From Octopus sinensis (Eukaryota), in the NCBI RefSeq assembly GCF_006345805.1, contig NC_043018.1:29078001-29142000 (forward strand): DNA of 64,000 nt. The letters are read 5' to 3'. A program made the translations under genes and the position numbers. Below the pieces are notes generated by a model. The model was not told the origin of the DNA. It did not search any database and saw only the letters and a program-made list of their open reading frames with translations. Numbering within the stretch: position 1 is the stretch's first letter; the number at the start of each line of letters is the position of its first letter. Below are positions 25,472-38,640 of this stretch, in pieces.

Positions 25472-25822
25472 TCTCTCTCTATATAAACGGCAAAATGTCT
25501 ACGTGTGTGTCCTTTATACAAATCCACAATTTTTCAGTTAGAGGGCTCGCACTTTCTATGGTCATTCAAGACCATCCAAGGGTAGTCGTGCACATTTTTA
25601 CATTTCCCCAGTCGCCCCGCAAAGCCATTAAAAAATCAATAGAAGTGATTTTTTTGTGAATTTTCTATCCAAAACCCAATGAAAATGCCCGAAACTTGAT
25701 ACGTCAGCTAGCTGTATGTGATTGGTCGGAGATTTGCACGTACTCGCACAGAGTCCAACCATTTCCGACTTGTGGGCCTGTGTCGAATGATTGCTATCGG
25801 CGTTGCCGGGTCATAGTGTTAG
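25472..25822 (+). mobile_element. Non-autonomous Helitron-like element
   Basis: The 5' end is A|TCTCTCTCTATATAAACGG. The 3' end has hairpin CGGCGTTGCCG followed by TTAG|T (a CTAG variant). Confidence 0.6.
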
Positions 25823-26739
25823 TAAATAATAAATGAGTGGCAATCGAACCGGTGCGTGTGTTAGATAATAAGGCATTAAGGCAATTTTCAACACACGACA
25901 ATTCAACACACGAATTCAGATAAAGATACAAACCAGATACAAAAACGATGTATATATACAATATTTTAAAGATTTCTTAACAATATCAAATTACTTCTAC
26001 GATATTCCTTTAAAATTCCCATCTCAATATTTTTCATTTACAAAAGATTCTTTGTATTTTACGTTTTGAAAACAGTCGAGTTCTCTCTCTCTCTCTCTTT
26101 CCTTCCCTCTTTCTCTATCTCTCTCCCTTTCTTCTGAGCTATATGTCTCTTATTTACTGCAACCGCGCCTTTCTTTTTTCTATCTCTTCTAACTTAAAAC
26201 TAATATTCACTTCTTATTCAATACCGTTTACCCCTCTTGCTTACACTGGCTTTTGTTATCGTTACAATATTGTTTTAGCAATAGAGAAACGAGAGAAATA
26301 TTGCTCACGTCTCTAGCAAAGAACATAAATCAAATTATTTGGCAATTTAACTTTTTTTTCTAAAATTTCGATCATAAATGTTTAAAAATTCTTTTACTAA
26401 TGTTCTTACACTTCATTTTCTTATCAAGTATTCTGAAAATTTCGATCCCTCACTTATATTTTGAGCAGAAAATTAAACAACGTAGTTCTCTAAATACAAA
26501 AAAAAATAAAGAAAATAAATTGTATGCATGCAAATAAGCATATATGTACGTATATAAGTATGTATGTATGTATGTATGTATGTATGTATGTATGTATGTA
26601 TATATGTATGTATGTATGTATGTATGTAAGTACGTACGTACGTACGTACGTATGTATGTATGTATGTATGTATGTATGTATGTATGTATGTATGTATGTA
26701 TGTATGCACACATGTATGTGCGCTTGTATGAATGTATGG

Positions 26740-27143
26740 AAATATATTTCTCTACTCCAGGTACAAAGCCTTAAAAATTATGGGGAGGGAGCCAGTTCAT
26801 TAGATCGACGACAGTACGCAACTGGTACTTAATTTATCGACACCGAAAGGATGAAAGGCCAAGTCGACCTCGGCGGAATTTGAACTCAGAATGTAAAGAC
26901 AGGGGAAATACCTATTTCTTTACTACCCACAAGGGGCTCAACACAGAGTGGACGAACAAGGACAGACAAACAGATTAAGTCGATTATATCGACCCCAGTG
27001 CGTAACTGGTACTTGTTTAATCGACCCCGAAAGGATGAAAGGTAAATCCGACCTCGGCAGAATTTGAACTCAGAACGTAACGGCAGACGAAATACCGCTG
27101 AACATTTAGCGCGGTGCGCTAACGTTTCTGCCAACTCGCCGCC
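26740..27143 (-). mobile_element. SINE family B (tRNA-like head + 184-bp body unit)
   Basis: The head is GGCGGCGAGCTGGCAGAAACGTTAGC...GAGTTCAAATTC and the body contains GCCTTTCATCCTTTCGGGGTCGATAAATTAAGTACCAG, which resembles the Meta-type central domain (recalled, unverified). Confidence 0.8.
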
Positions 27144-27159
27144 TTATATCAATATAATA

Positions 27160-27673
27160 TAGGTGCAGGAGTTGCTTTGTGGTAAGAAACATGCTTCCAA
27201 ACCACATGGCACCGTGTTCAATCCTACAGCGTCGCAACTGAAGCAAGTATCCACTGCTATAAACCGTCGCCTATTAAAGCCTTGTGTTTGAATTTGGTAG
27301 ACGGAAACTGAAAGAAGCTCGTCGTATATACATACATATATATGTATATATATATATATGTATCTATGTGTGTATGCATCTATGAGTGTGTGTATGCATG
27401 CGCGTGCATGTATATATGTGTGTTTGTATGTATGGATGTACGTGTATAGATGTGTATGTGTCTGTATTTGTCGTCCTCGACCGATAGACATCGACGCTGT
27501 TTTGTTTACGTTTCCGTGCTCTTAGCGTTACGGCAAATGAGACCCTTGCATAAGTTTCATGCTTAAAAAGAAATGTAAATGTAGGTACTGGGATCGATTC
27601 GTTCTACTAAATTTCTTCAAGGGGGTGCACCAGCATGGCCGCAGCCTAATGTTTTAACCAAGTAAAAGATAAA
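27160..27673 (+). mobile_element. SINE family A (diverged)
   Basis: Same head, body and tail order as 28879-29309. Confidence 0.75.
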
Positions 27674-28323
27674 TATTCGTAAAACTGTAGAGTCGGTTAT
27701 GGGTTACTGTTATCATGTATGTCCAGCATAGAATTATTTCTTTATTGCTCACAGGGGGCTAAACATAGAGGCGACAAAAAAAGACAAGGATTAAGTCGAT
27801 TACATCGACCCCAGTGCGAAAGGATGAAAGACAAAATCGACCTCGGCGGATGTCTAGCATATAACCTTCTCTACTCTAGGCACAAGGCCTGAAATTTTCT
27901 TGGGACCACCAGTAATTATATTTTTCAAAGTCTGATTCATTCTTACGCAATGGGTTTGTTTTTCCTTTTTTTGTGTGTGTTGTTTGCGAAATCACCAAGT
28001 TACAGGGACGTTACATAAACCAACACCGATTGTCTGGCAGAATGTGTAAGGATATACACACGCATAGAGCCGCAACACATACACACACAAGCACAAACAC
28101 ACATACACACACATACACACACACATATATATATATATACACATATCTACATATATATTCATACATACATATTTCCCTGTTCGAAGGTTATAAATGGACA
28201 CTGGTTCATGTGTCAAATAGCTAGCTAGAGGCGATGGCCTCTTGGATCTAATCAACAGCAGCATTCGTCCTATTTTTCTGGACTGCCTTGTTAGCTTGGC
28301 AATAACTATAATACATATATATA

Positions 28324-28403
<80 letters not shown>

Positions 28404-28878
28404 ATATATATATACATTCACACACACACACGTAAATAAAGAGATGTGTTATGTAAGACCGGAACAATATGAGAAGGTAGTACACAATAAACTTCAAAAG
28501 GAAAAGTTAACAAAATTGCAGTTTTACCTTTTAGTTCTATATTTTAGGGTTATGACCCTTTCTTCAGAACGTTAGAAAAAAGCGATGGATGGAAAAGTCG
28601 TTGCTCAGATGTGACAGAATTGCACACACCTTCTGTCTACTGAGTTCTCTCACAAGTTACTGACTTATTCGCCCAGGAACGAGTAGGAGATGCCGAGCTG
28701 TGGGATCGAAACCAAGACCATGTGGGGGGTGGGTGCAAACTGAGCATTTTAAGCACCCAGTCATACCTTCTTGCATGGTGAATGATACTTTATTTACGAA
28801 AATATGAGTTTCTGAAAAAATAAGAAAAAAGGAGAGTCTTAGATTACGGCGAAATATATCAAAGAAAAATGGCCTGTA

Positions 28879-29043
28879 GGCGCAGGAGTGGCGCTGTGGT
28901 AAGTAGCTTGCTTACCAACCACATGGTTCCGGGTTCAGTCCCACTGCGTGACACCTTAGGCAAGTGTCTTCTACTATAGCCTCCGGCTGACCAAAGCCTT
29001 GTGAGTGGATTTGGTAGACGGAAACTGAAAGAAGCTTGTCCTA

Positions 29044-29086
<43 letters not shown>

Positions 29087-29309
29087 ATGTGTGTGTATGT
29101 TTGTATGTCTGTGTTTGTCCACCAACATCGCTTGACAACCGATGCTGGTGTGTTTACGTCCCCGTAACTTAGCGGTTCGGCAAAAGAGACCGATAGATTA
29201 AGTATCAGGCTTACAAAGAATAAGTCCTGGGGTCGATTTGCTCGACTAAATGGTGGTGCTCCAGCATGGCCGCAGTCAAATAACTGAAACAAGTAAGAGA
29301 GTAAAAGAG
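28879..29309 (+). mobile_element. SINE family A (tRNA-like head, CORE-like CCTT(A/G)GGCAAGT, internal microsatellite, LINE-like 3' tail)
   Basis: The head has A-box-like GTGGTAAG and B-box GGTTCAGTCC, and the tail is ggtgctccagcatggccgcagtc..gactgaaac+(GTAAAAGA)n. It resembles the described Octopus tRNA-derived SINEs; family assignment is unverified. Confidence 0.85.
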
Positions 29310-29817
29310 AATCACGGGACCCCAAAAGTGTCCGTCGAATTACATTAACATCGCCAGCCAACGTAACCCCAATCGATATCAATCAATAATAGAAGTCGAT
29401 TTTGTCGACCATTCGTATTTTCATTATACTTGGCACTGATTACGTAATCATTTTTGCTCAAGAATTTTACTTCTTGGTGGTGTTAATGTTATTGTCGCTA
29501 ATGCTGTTGCAATCGCTGTTGTTGGTGCTGTTGTTGTTGCTCTTGCTGCTTGTGCATTACAGGCGCTAAAGGATAAACAGAAAAGATAAACTCACGTACG
29601 CAAAAACACATGCATATACTGTCACATACATTAATGTATATTGATACACACGCACACACTAAATCTCTCTCTCTCTATATATATATATACATATATATAC
29701 ACATATATTTATAAACATATATAATAGATATACATAATATACTTATATTCATATATATATATATATTGCGCTCATATATATATACATATGGAAATAGATG
29801 TGTGTATGTGTATATAT

Positions 29818-29851
<34 letters not shown>

Positions 29852-30409
29852 ATACATATATATATATTACATATATATATAGACATATATATATTACATA
29901 TATATATAGATAAAAAATATTTATATAATATATATATATATATATATATACACCACACAGACGCACACACGCACACACACACACTCTCATACACACACAC
30001 GGAGAGATATATTGCTTTTCAATGATTTATCTCGAAATTTATGTCTTCTCAATCTCAAAGATAATTTCCAAAATTCTTCATATTGGACAGAAACCATTTC
30101 AATGATGTGCGTGCACAGTTAAGCTATTTGCTTGACTTTAGGGTTTTTGTCGTTGTAATTTGAATTGACAACTAGTTTACTCTTACCTTCTTGAGAAACA
30201 TGTCCTGTCAGATATTATTAGAGAGGTTTATTCACCGAACAATCGCATTCAAACTGTGTCGTGTCATGAACGGTAATCTTATAGTTAGATATATAACGTG
30301 ATTCAAAAGCGGCTTAACGGGGGGCTCTCATGTATATATACTTACATAAAAATATGTATATGTATATGCGTGTGTTGTGTCTGTGTGTATATATGTGTGC
30401 ATGGGTGTG

Positions 30410-30650
30410 TGTACAAAGGTCATTAGTCCTTCCCGAGCCATTGGCTTGTCAGGTCATTCGCCCGGATTTTGTGGCGTGTATGCTCTACACCTGGACGGGG
30501 CGCCGGGTCCATCGTGGGCACACTCATTTCTTGCCAGCTGAGTGGGCTGGTGCAGCGGGAAATGAAGGGTTTTTACTCTAGAACACTACGTGTAGCTGGT
30601 CTCGGAATGGAAACCATAATTCATTACTGCGTAGAGAAATTTTATGCATT
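30410..30650 (-). mobile_element. Possible third SINE family (decayed)
   Basis: Contains a ccttcccgagcca..cacctggacggg..gccagctgagtgg body and an antisense B-box-like sequence near 30605-30620. Confidence 0.35.
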
Positions 30651-30820
30651 GATCTAAACACGATTGAAAAGGTTTCACTACCAATTTTTACACAAATGAA
30701 TTACAAAGCGATATTTATTCTAACCAGTTTTACTCTAAGCACATGTAACATAGCAACATGGTTGTCGCGGGTGCTAATGAGTTTGGCATCTTGGTGACTT
30801 AATAATAACTCTTTCTACGG

Positions 30821-31053
30821 AAGGCGGTGAGCTGGCAGAACCGTTAGCACGCCGGTCAAAATGCGTAGGCGTATTTTGTCTGCCGTTACGCTCTGAGTTC
30901 AAATTCCGTCGAGGTCCACTTTGCCTTTCATCCTTTCGGGGTCGATAAATTAAGTACCAGTTATGCACTAGGGGTCGATCTAATCGACTTAATTCGTTTG
31001 TCTGTTCTTGTTTGTCCCCTCTATGTTTAGCTCCTTGTGGGTAATAAAGAAAC
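30821..31053 (+). mobile_element. SINE family B
   Basis: Single-unit copy. Further copies or remnants are at 27735-27850(-), 31135-31240(-), 35700-35900(-), 43220-43500(+) and 44060-44250(+). Confidence 0.8.
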
Positions 31054-31575
31054 AAATAACTCTTTCTACGGATCAATATATTACAGACACAAGCCAGCAC
31101 CTGACTGCTACGTAATTCACCGATTCCCAAAATGATAAAACGTAAAGTCGACTTCGGCGGAATTTGGGCTCAGAATGGAAAGATGCTAAACATTTTTTTT
31201 CGGCATGCAAATGATTCCGGCATCTAGCCGGTCGTCTTAATAGCATTTATAAATATAATTGCTATTTACTATTTAAAAGGATGTTCGGGTAAACGAGATT
31301 ACAGAATATTCTATAAAACTCCACCGTAAATTTCATTATTTCCTGCTTTTGCGAATAATGAAACAATAGAAATTAGGCGGTTCATGCTATGCCTATTGAA
31401 GCAATCTCTAATGAGAGAAGTACTAATTATCTTAAATACTATAATATATTGGGAGAGTGCTAAACCATGTTATATATGGCTTAACTTCCGTGGTTTATTT
31501 ATATATACAAACAAGGATATGTATGAATATATGTATATATATGTATATATATAATATATATATATATATATTATA

Positions 31576-31652
<77 letters not shown>

Positions 31653-31690
31653 TATATAGTATGTATATAAATATATATATATATATATAT

Positions 31691-32071
31691 AAAACTTTAT
31701 TGGTGAATTGAAGAAATGGAGCTGAACGCAGATTGACACAGAAATCGTTTTATTTCATTCTACACGTGTTTCGAAAGGCACAAATTACCAAAATCCGATT
31801 GAATAATGGGACCTCTTGTGTCTTTCTCTTCAGGAAGTTTCGCCATGGGCTCTTAGAGCACAGTTTTCGATTGTTTTTTGCTCCGCCTCTGTTCTGTTTT
31901 TGTTTTTCCACGGATTTCCTTTTTTCTTCCTGAAGAGAAAGACACAATATGGTCCCATTATTCAATCGGATTTTGGTAATTTGTTGCCTTTCGAACACGT
32001 GTAGAATGAAATAAAACGTTTCTGTTCAATCTGCGTTCAGCTCCATTTCTTCAATTCACCAATAAAGTTTT
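31691..32071. repeat. Inverted repeat, ~146-bp arms, each carrying an HHR motif
   Basis: 31691-31837 versus 31926-32071. Confidence 0.9.
31758..31836 (-). ncRNA. Type-I hammerhead motif in the left arm of an inverted repeat
   Basis: Minus strand reads UUC-CUGAAGA-GAAAG...CUUUC-GAAA-CA[CG]UG-UA^GAA. The core is intact but stem I has only 3 bp. The plus-strand copy at 31921-32010 has a longer stem I but reads GAA instead of GAAA. Confidence 0.6.
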
Positions 32072-32217
32072 AATTTCAATTATCCGCACCACGCACGGTT
32101 GCAACGCCAGATGGTTGTACCTCCAACCGTGCTGTTTACTGCTGTGATTTTGCTACTAAGGTATCGTTTTAAACTTTTGATTAATCTACTACAAGATTAT
32201 TCATCTTTCTATTTCAC

Positions 32218-32250
<33 letters not shown>

Positions 32251-32569
32251 CACTGTTCATATACCTATCCACACACACACACAGATTTGTATGTATATAT
32301 AAAGAAGTCTATACTGCCGGTCAAACCGAAAAGATCTTTATTTTCATTCCTTCAGCTTCCAAGACTTCCGGATATTTAAATTATGTAAATGAATCTCTCG
32401 AATCTTCTTTTCAGTAGATTTATTCCATCAGTTTTATGGTATTTATCTCTCTATCCATCGTACTTCGAAACACGGAAACCTATTTCATATCGTAGCTAAA
32501 CACTCTCACAGTAATAACAAGGGCTTCTATTTCCACCTCAGTCTTGATACATGGCATATAACTTGCAAA

Positions 32570-32631
<62 letters not shown>

Positions 32632-33993
32632 ACACACATATACACATACACACACACGCAGTTTCATTCACACAAGCACATGTACACAGACATACACACA
32701 CGCACATACACACTCATGGATATTTATACAGGCTTCTTTCAGTTTCCGTCAACCAAATCTACTCACAAAGTACCGGGCAGTGGGACTGAACTCAGAACGA
32801 AATAGTTGGGAAGCAAACTTATTACCACAGAGCTGCACCTATATAATTTAGTAAATAAAATATATACGACCCCATATAACCCCAGCATGGCTCAATATAT
32901 GACCCTTTATTTAATACCTCTATATAACATGTCTATTAGACTCTTCTATCACGCTGTGTTGGTAAGCCCCTTTCCCCTACGGAATAATATATTACACATA
33001 TACATACATCATAATTAACCCCTGTGATAAGTTGCGTTCATACTTTCTAGAACGTTCTTCACAATGTTATAATGAAGGGAGTGCTGCTTGTCAGAGACTG
33101 AACGATATGTGAATGGTTTATAACGCTTATTTAAAGAGAATTTATAATACTGTGACCATTAGTGAAATGTTGGATAACCGAGCATATAATTATCCAGGTA
33201 TTTTATGATACACCTCCAGGATAAAGTTTGAGTTTATGGCGACATAGTCTCAGATAACTGATAGAGAAATCAATAGGAATTACTAATTTATTGGAATAAC
33301 ATATCGGAAATAATCAAATAACTATAGACAACAGTAAAACCACCATCAAATTGCTTTCTTACTAATAATTCAACATGACTCTGCACATCATAGAATAATA
33401 TATAAAGAGTTGGAGAAGAATCCTATATTTACACAAACAGAATTTTGATGATGCAATTAAAAGTATTTATACTACCAATACATCAATATTTGAAAAGTAT
33501 GTATTTCTATTAACTCTGTTTCAAGTGGATAACGTTTACTACGACGTATATAGAGTTCGTTGGTCAAAGGTTCGAATCCCCAATTTGCGTTTTGTTCTAT
33601 ATTTGACAACGTATACTTAATTCCACGTTGAGTCAGGGTTTATATGAATGCTTGGGATAGGTGAGATTGATATTGGGATAATGTTATACCAGATTGAACT
33701 GATACAACCTCACGTATATATGATCTTGGCCTGCTTTCAATGTGGGATATCGTCCCTTCATGATCATAGCTACCTTTGTGTGTATTATATAAATATGTAT
33801 GTATTTATATATGTATTTTTGTACGTATGTGTAAGATTTCTTTGAGTTTAATCTAAGTTCTTCATGAGGGAATTCAAACCGGTCACTAACAAAGCGAGAA
33901 GTCTTTTGGACTTAGGAGAATCTCCGGTGTTTGTAAATATATGGTTGAACTATCGATGCACATACATACGTATGTGCATCTATTCATCTACAG

Positions 33994-34121
33994 AATCTCA
34001 GGTGGAGAATCTTTGGAATGTCTTACAAATCTTCACTGTGCCACTAACAGAATTGATCTGGAGAATCCGCGTCAGTTTCTTTTGCTCTTTTACCGTGAAA
34101 CCGAGAACTACTATGTTTTGT
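33994..34121 (+). CDS. Candidate isolated internal coding exon (128 nt), product unknown
   Basis: Flanked by ttcatctacAG and GTacgt, with the open frame ISGGESLECLTNLHCATNRIDLENPRQFLLLFYRETENYYVL. No partner exons were identified. Confidence 0.3.
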
Positions 34122-34481
34122 GTACGTATATATGTATGTATGTTATTATTCAATTTCCACTCTCGATTTCCAACCACTGGAAGATCTGGGTTCTAGCTAT
34201 GATCATTCACTGGAACATTAAACATCAGCAGATTAGCTGTGCATGTATGTGTGCGTAAAAATACAAGTATTGGGCATCAGTACATATGTATATTATATAA
34301 TATATAATATATATATATATATTATATATATATATATATATATAAACATAAATACATATATGTATAAATGTATATATATGTATATATATGTATATGTATA
34401 TGTATATATATATATCTATATTATCTGGTGTGGTTGTGTGTGTGTACTCACACACAGACATACACACTCACATATATGTAT

Positions 34482-34732
34482 AGGGTTCGTGCATAATTAT
34501 TGAGGCTTTTTTTCACACAATTTTATTCAACAAAATTAATTAAAATATTTAACAAAAACATCTTTAAATGATGGTATGATCGTCTGCTAAACAAATGGGA
34601 AGCAGCAATTGAAGTAGATGGTGAATATGCTCCGGAATAATCATTTAAAGATGTCGATGTTACATGTTGTTATTTTTTTTGTAGAATAAAATTTGTTGAA
34701 AAATTCAGGTTCAATAATTATGCACCAACCCA
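34482..34732. mobile_element. Mariner-derived MITE
   Basis: TIRs are GGGTTCGTGCATAATTATTGA and TCAATAATTATGCACCAACCC, in TA context. The interior has the remnant RLLNKWEAAIEVDGEYAPE* of a mariner C-terminus. Confidence 0.75.
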
Positions 34733-34785
34733 TATATATGTATATATATATATATGTATGTATATCTGTATATCTGTATACATAC

Positions 34786-34820
<35 letters not shown>

Positions 34821-34901
34821 TGTATGTATGTATGTATGTATGTATGTATGTATATATATATATATATGTATGTATATCTGTATATCTGTATACATACATA
34901 C

Positions 34902-34936
<35 letters not shown>

Positions 34937-34941
34937 GTATG

Positions 34942-34991
<50 letters not shown>

Positions 34992-35007
34992 TAATATTTT
35001 ATATTTT

Positions 35008-35172
35008 ATCTAGTTTCAGCTCACGAGCTGTGGCCATGCTGGGGCACCACCATTTGGTGTTGCTACATGATTTTACTTCACGAATGCTTTTTAACAATTG
35101 CCATTTGGTGCATGAGAGAGTTCGATGCAGCTGCCCTCATCTGCACCTCCTGCCGTGAAGTTGGTTCATCTA
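35008..35172 (-). mobile_element. Short 3' fragment of the same CR1-type LINE as 18058-19869
   Basis: High similarity to 18076-18240 (gtttcagc..gctgtggccatgctggggcacc..gccgtgaagttggttcatct). Confidence 0.85.
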
Positions 35173-35240
35173 TATAATATATATATATATATATAGATAG
35201 ATATATATATATATGGGTGTGTGTGATTGTGTATAGAAGA

Positions 35241-35663
35241 ATATATTAATAAAAGGAATTCCAGCCTTGTCTGATTTTCACGTTTTATTTACAATCTTAT
35301 AATGATATATTATAAGATAATATATTATAATTGAATAAAATAAAATGAAATAGTAGATGTTAAATGTTCATTCTGATTGAACTAGTACTTTCATGCATTG
35401 AATTCTGCAATCTTCGTGTTCATGTAGTAGTGGTGACAGTCATGCTTCACAATGTCAAAAATTGTGAAGCATGACTGTCACCACTACTAATGAACCCGAA
35501 GATTGCAGAATTCAATGCATGAAGTACTAGTTCAATCAGAATGAACATTTAACATTCTACTATTTCATTTTATTTTATTCAATTATAATATATTATCTTA
35601 TAATATATCATTATAAGATTGTAAATAAAACGTGAAAATCAGACAAGGTTGGAATTCCTTTTA

Positions 35664-35672
<9 letters not shown>
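35241..35672. repeat. Near-perfect palindrome, ~212-bp arms, 7-nt loop (35454-35460)
   Basis: ..gtggtgacagtcatgcttcacaat GTCAAAA attgtgaagcatgactgtcaccac.. Confidence 0.92.
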
Positions 35673-35694
<22 letters not shown>

Positions 35695-36039
35695 TGATAT
35701 AGAGGAGACAAACAAGGACAGACAAGAGGATTAAGTTGATTACATCGACTCCAGTGCGTAACTGGTACTTAATTTATTGACCCCGAAAGGATGAAATTCA
35801 AAGTCGACCTCGATGCAATTTGAACTCAGAACATAAAGACAAACTAAATACCACTAAACATTTCGCCCGGCGTGCTAACGTGTCTGCCAGCTCGCCGCCT
35901 TCGCTAAGCGTATAATTAAAACGAAAACTATCACGCTCGTTGAGGAAAATTGATTCCTAACAGACAATTAGCAAAGTCTTCGAACAGAACCTTCCACAAA
36001 CCGTTTCTATAGACAAGCATTACAACTAGGTGCTGCTAC

Positions 36040-36620
36040 GGTTTCTCGGCCATTCACGTGTTGATGTAGTGTATTTCAAATTTGTCAAGTCTTTTCAAAA
36101 AGCTGGTCATGGAATTAAGTTACTGACACTGCGACCTCGGCATAGTTGAGAAACTAAAAATGAGGCAAGATAGATTTTTATGAGAAAGCTGTCAAGAATT
36201 TGCAGGCTGTTGTGATCTTTGAAGGAATACTATATTTCTAAGGGAATTCCGTCAGCGATTTATCTTACTGCCATTAATATTTGTGATAGCTCGTCCAGAG
36301 TATACCCTAAGTTATACGAGCAACTGCTTTAAGTAGATATGCTAATCATACAAATATATCAAAGGAAAATAAGAGCATTTTGGCATAAAAATCTTCCAGG
36401 AAGGCTTCAATGCCGTAAAAAAGCGGGGCTGCTTAAATAATATGCAATTTAATGCGGGAAATTCCAAAGTATTCCTGTATCAGCCTCCAAACACATTATT
36501 GGCAAGGTTACACAGAACCTATAAAGATTGTAAACCTACCGTTATTGTTAGTACTACCTTGGAGGTTAAATAATTAGTGATGCATCTTTTTAGGAACATA
36601 TTACTTGCAGACTACAGGCG
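36040..36620 (+). pseudogene. Highly decayed CR1-type RT fragment
   Basis: Remnants read VDVVYFKFVKSF, ISKGIP and NNMQFNAGNSK, matching the motif order of the 18-19 kb LINE. Confidence 0.5.
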
Positions 36621-37759
36621 ACATTTAAAATATGAGCGCAACAGATGATGTATGTCATTGTAATAGAGAAAAAACCGTTTTCTAACCTAGATTCAAGGCC
36701 CCTTTATTAGAATTTCAACATCAATAACAGGGCATTTTTGTTTGAGAGTATGTATGCATGGATGTATGTATGTATGTATTTATGTATGTATATGTGTATG
36801 CATGCATGTATGTATGTATATATGCAAATTTTGACAGATGAACTCTTGAGAGTCAACGGCCATCCAATAAATGTCATAAGGCTGTATCATGCGCGAGGAC
36901 ATAGAAATAATCGGACTGAATAACCGATCGCACGGTTAAATCATTGGGAGTGAAGAACTCCTAGCCTTTGTTAGGGCATCCTTCTTGGAGAAGGTAACTC
37001 AGGTAACTGGGATAACTCCGACATAAAATCTGCGGCCCAGTGGTTACCGATGATGTTGACTTGTTCTTCTTTTCGGATTATGGCTGCTGTTGCTTAGTGA
37101 GTTGGATTGACTCAGTGCACAGCTTTTCCTCACTTTAAAAAAGTATTCTTGCACAGGCATTGCACGCTAACAACATTGATTAAGCTTCGTGCAATGGCTA
37201 TACTCGATAACGGGAGGGCAGCCACCATGCAAATTTGTATGTTTTGTTTTATGTATGTATTGTCATGCATATACTTGCATATTTAGGCATGCTCATAGAT
37301 ATTTAAATGCTAAACTTCTGGAAAGCTTTACAGATTTTTTCAGTTCCAGTGATGGATTGGATCTGTAGTCATCGAATGAGCTTTCTCCTTTCTGGTTTTG
37401 AGAAGACTAATTTCTCAAGATTGGTATTTAGGCAGTGTGTTACATATCCCAGAGCCCAATAATTATAGGTTTAAACCTGAACTTGTAATCTGGATAGAGT
37501 AACTATATGTATGTATTTATGTATTATGTAGGCATGTACGTACGTAAGTATGTATGTGTTTGTGTCTCTGTATATCTGTCTCTTTGTTTGTATGTCAGTC
37601 AATCTATGTATCCATCTATATGTATATACCAAAAGTCTCAAGCTATTTCATTGACATTTGATCTTTTTAAAAACAATACTGTACTGGGATAAGGATAAGA
37701 ATCAGTTGTGGAAATTGATGGTTCTACAAAATGTTAATTGTTTTCAATCGATATTTGTG

Positions 37760-38640
37760 TAGCTTTCATTTTCAAATTCAAATAACTGATGATGGCCATG
37801 AAAGAACGTGTACTTTTGGTAATATGGATGATGCAGGCCCCGAAATGCGAAGAAATTAGAAATAACTTTGAGAGGAAGTATCATAAGAATGGTCCAAGAG
37901 TCAAAGCTATTCGTGAGTTAATGATATTTCAGAAAACTGGATTTGTGCATGATCACATCAGGACTCGACGCTCAAGAAAATCTGGAGAAAGAATTGAATT
38001 GGTACGAGAAGCATTTGAACAGGATCTACAATTATTGACTGGTAGGTTAGTCGACATGATAAAAATTCCACGTGCTTCGATCCATAGAATCCTACTAAGT
38101 GATTCGAACAGAAACGCTTATCACATTCAAGTTTTTCCCAACTTACAAGAAGATTATCCACATAGATTAGCGATGTGCTCTGAGCTTATTGCGCAAACTG
38201 AAAGTGTCGATGCACTTAGCAAAATTCTATTCGGTGATGAAGTAACTTTCTGCACATGAGGAAAGGTTAATCATCATAATTATCGTATTCAGAGAAGTGG
38301 GAAGCCAACAGAATTTCCTGAATAAGAACGAGATTCAACGAAAGTGAATGTTTAGCTTGGTATGACTAAGTCAAAGGTGTGTGAACTTTTCTTCGTCGCA
38401 GAGACTCCAGTCATGGCAACCGTGTATGTTGATCTGCTTCAGCAATTCCTCGAACTTCAACTCCTTACACAATAGTTTTTCAACAGGAAGGTGTACGCAG
38501 CCATCATGCAAAGATTGTATGTAATTATCGTGACATGCTTCCCTCGTCGTTGGATTGATCTTGCCTCCCGTTTATACACGGCAGGCATATAGTTTGGATT
38601 GCCTCATTCTTTATATATTTAAACCAAGGTGTACCTGTTG
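37760..38640 (+). pseudogene. Decayed Tc1/mariner-superfamily transposase (DUF4817-type HTH + DDE)
   Basis: The ORF reads MMAMKERVLLV...AIRELM.FQKTGFVHD...IELVREAFEQD...IHRIL...AYHIQV...ILFGDEVTF. Downstream remnants include KVNHHNYRI and KVNV*LG. Confidence 0.7.

Noticed and set aside
28534-28570. HHR-like remnant (minus: CUGAAGA-AAGGGUCAUAACCCU-AAAA) with a related remnant at ~22095-22132
   Set aside because: GAAA and stems I/III are not intact, so it is at best a dead remnant.
30187-30204. 18-nt minus-strand microexon-like string (cAG-GACATGTTTCTCAAGAAG-GTaaga), and a similar 38-nt plus-strand candidate at 40270-40307
   Set aside because: Such flanks occur by chance, the polypyrimidine tracts are weak, and 40270 is not phase-compatible with 33994-34121 (joining creates TGA).
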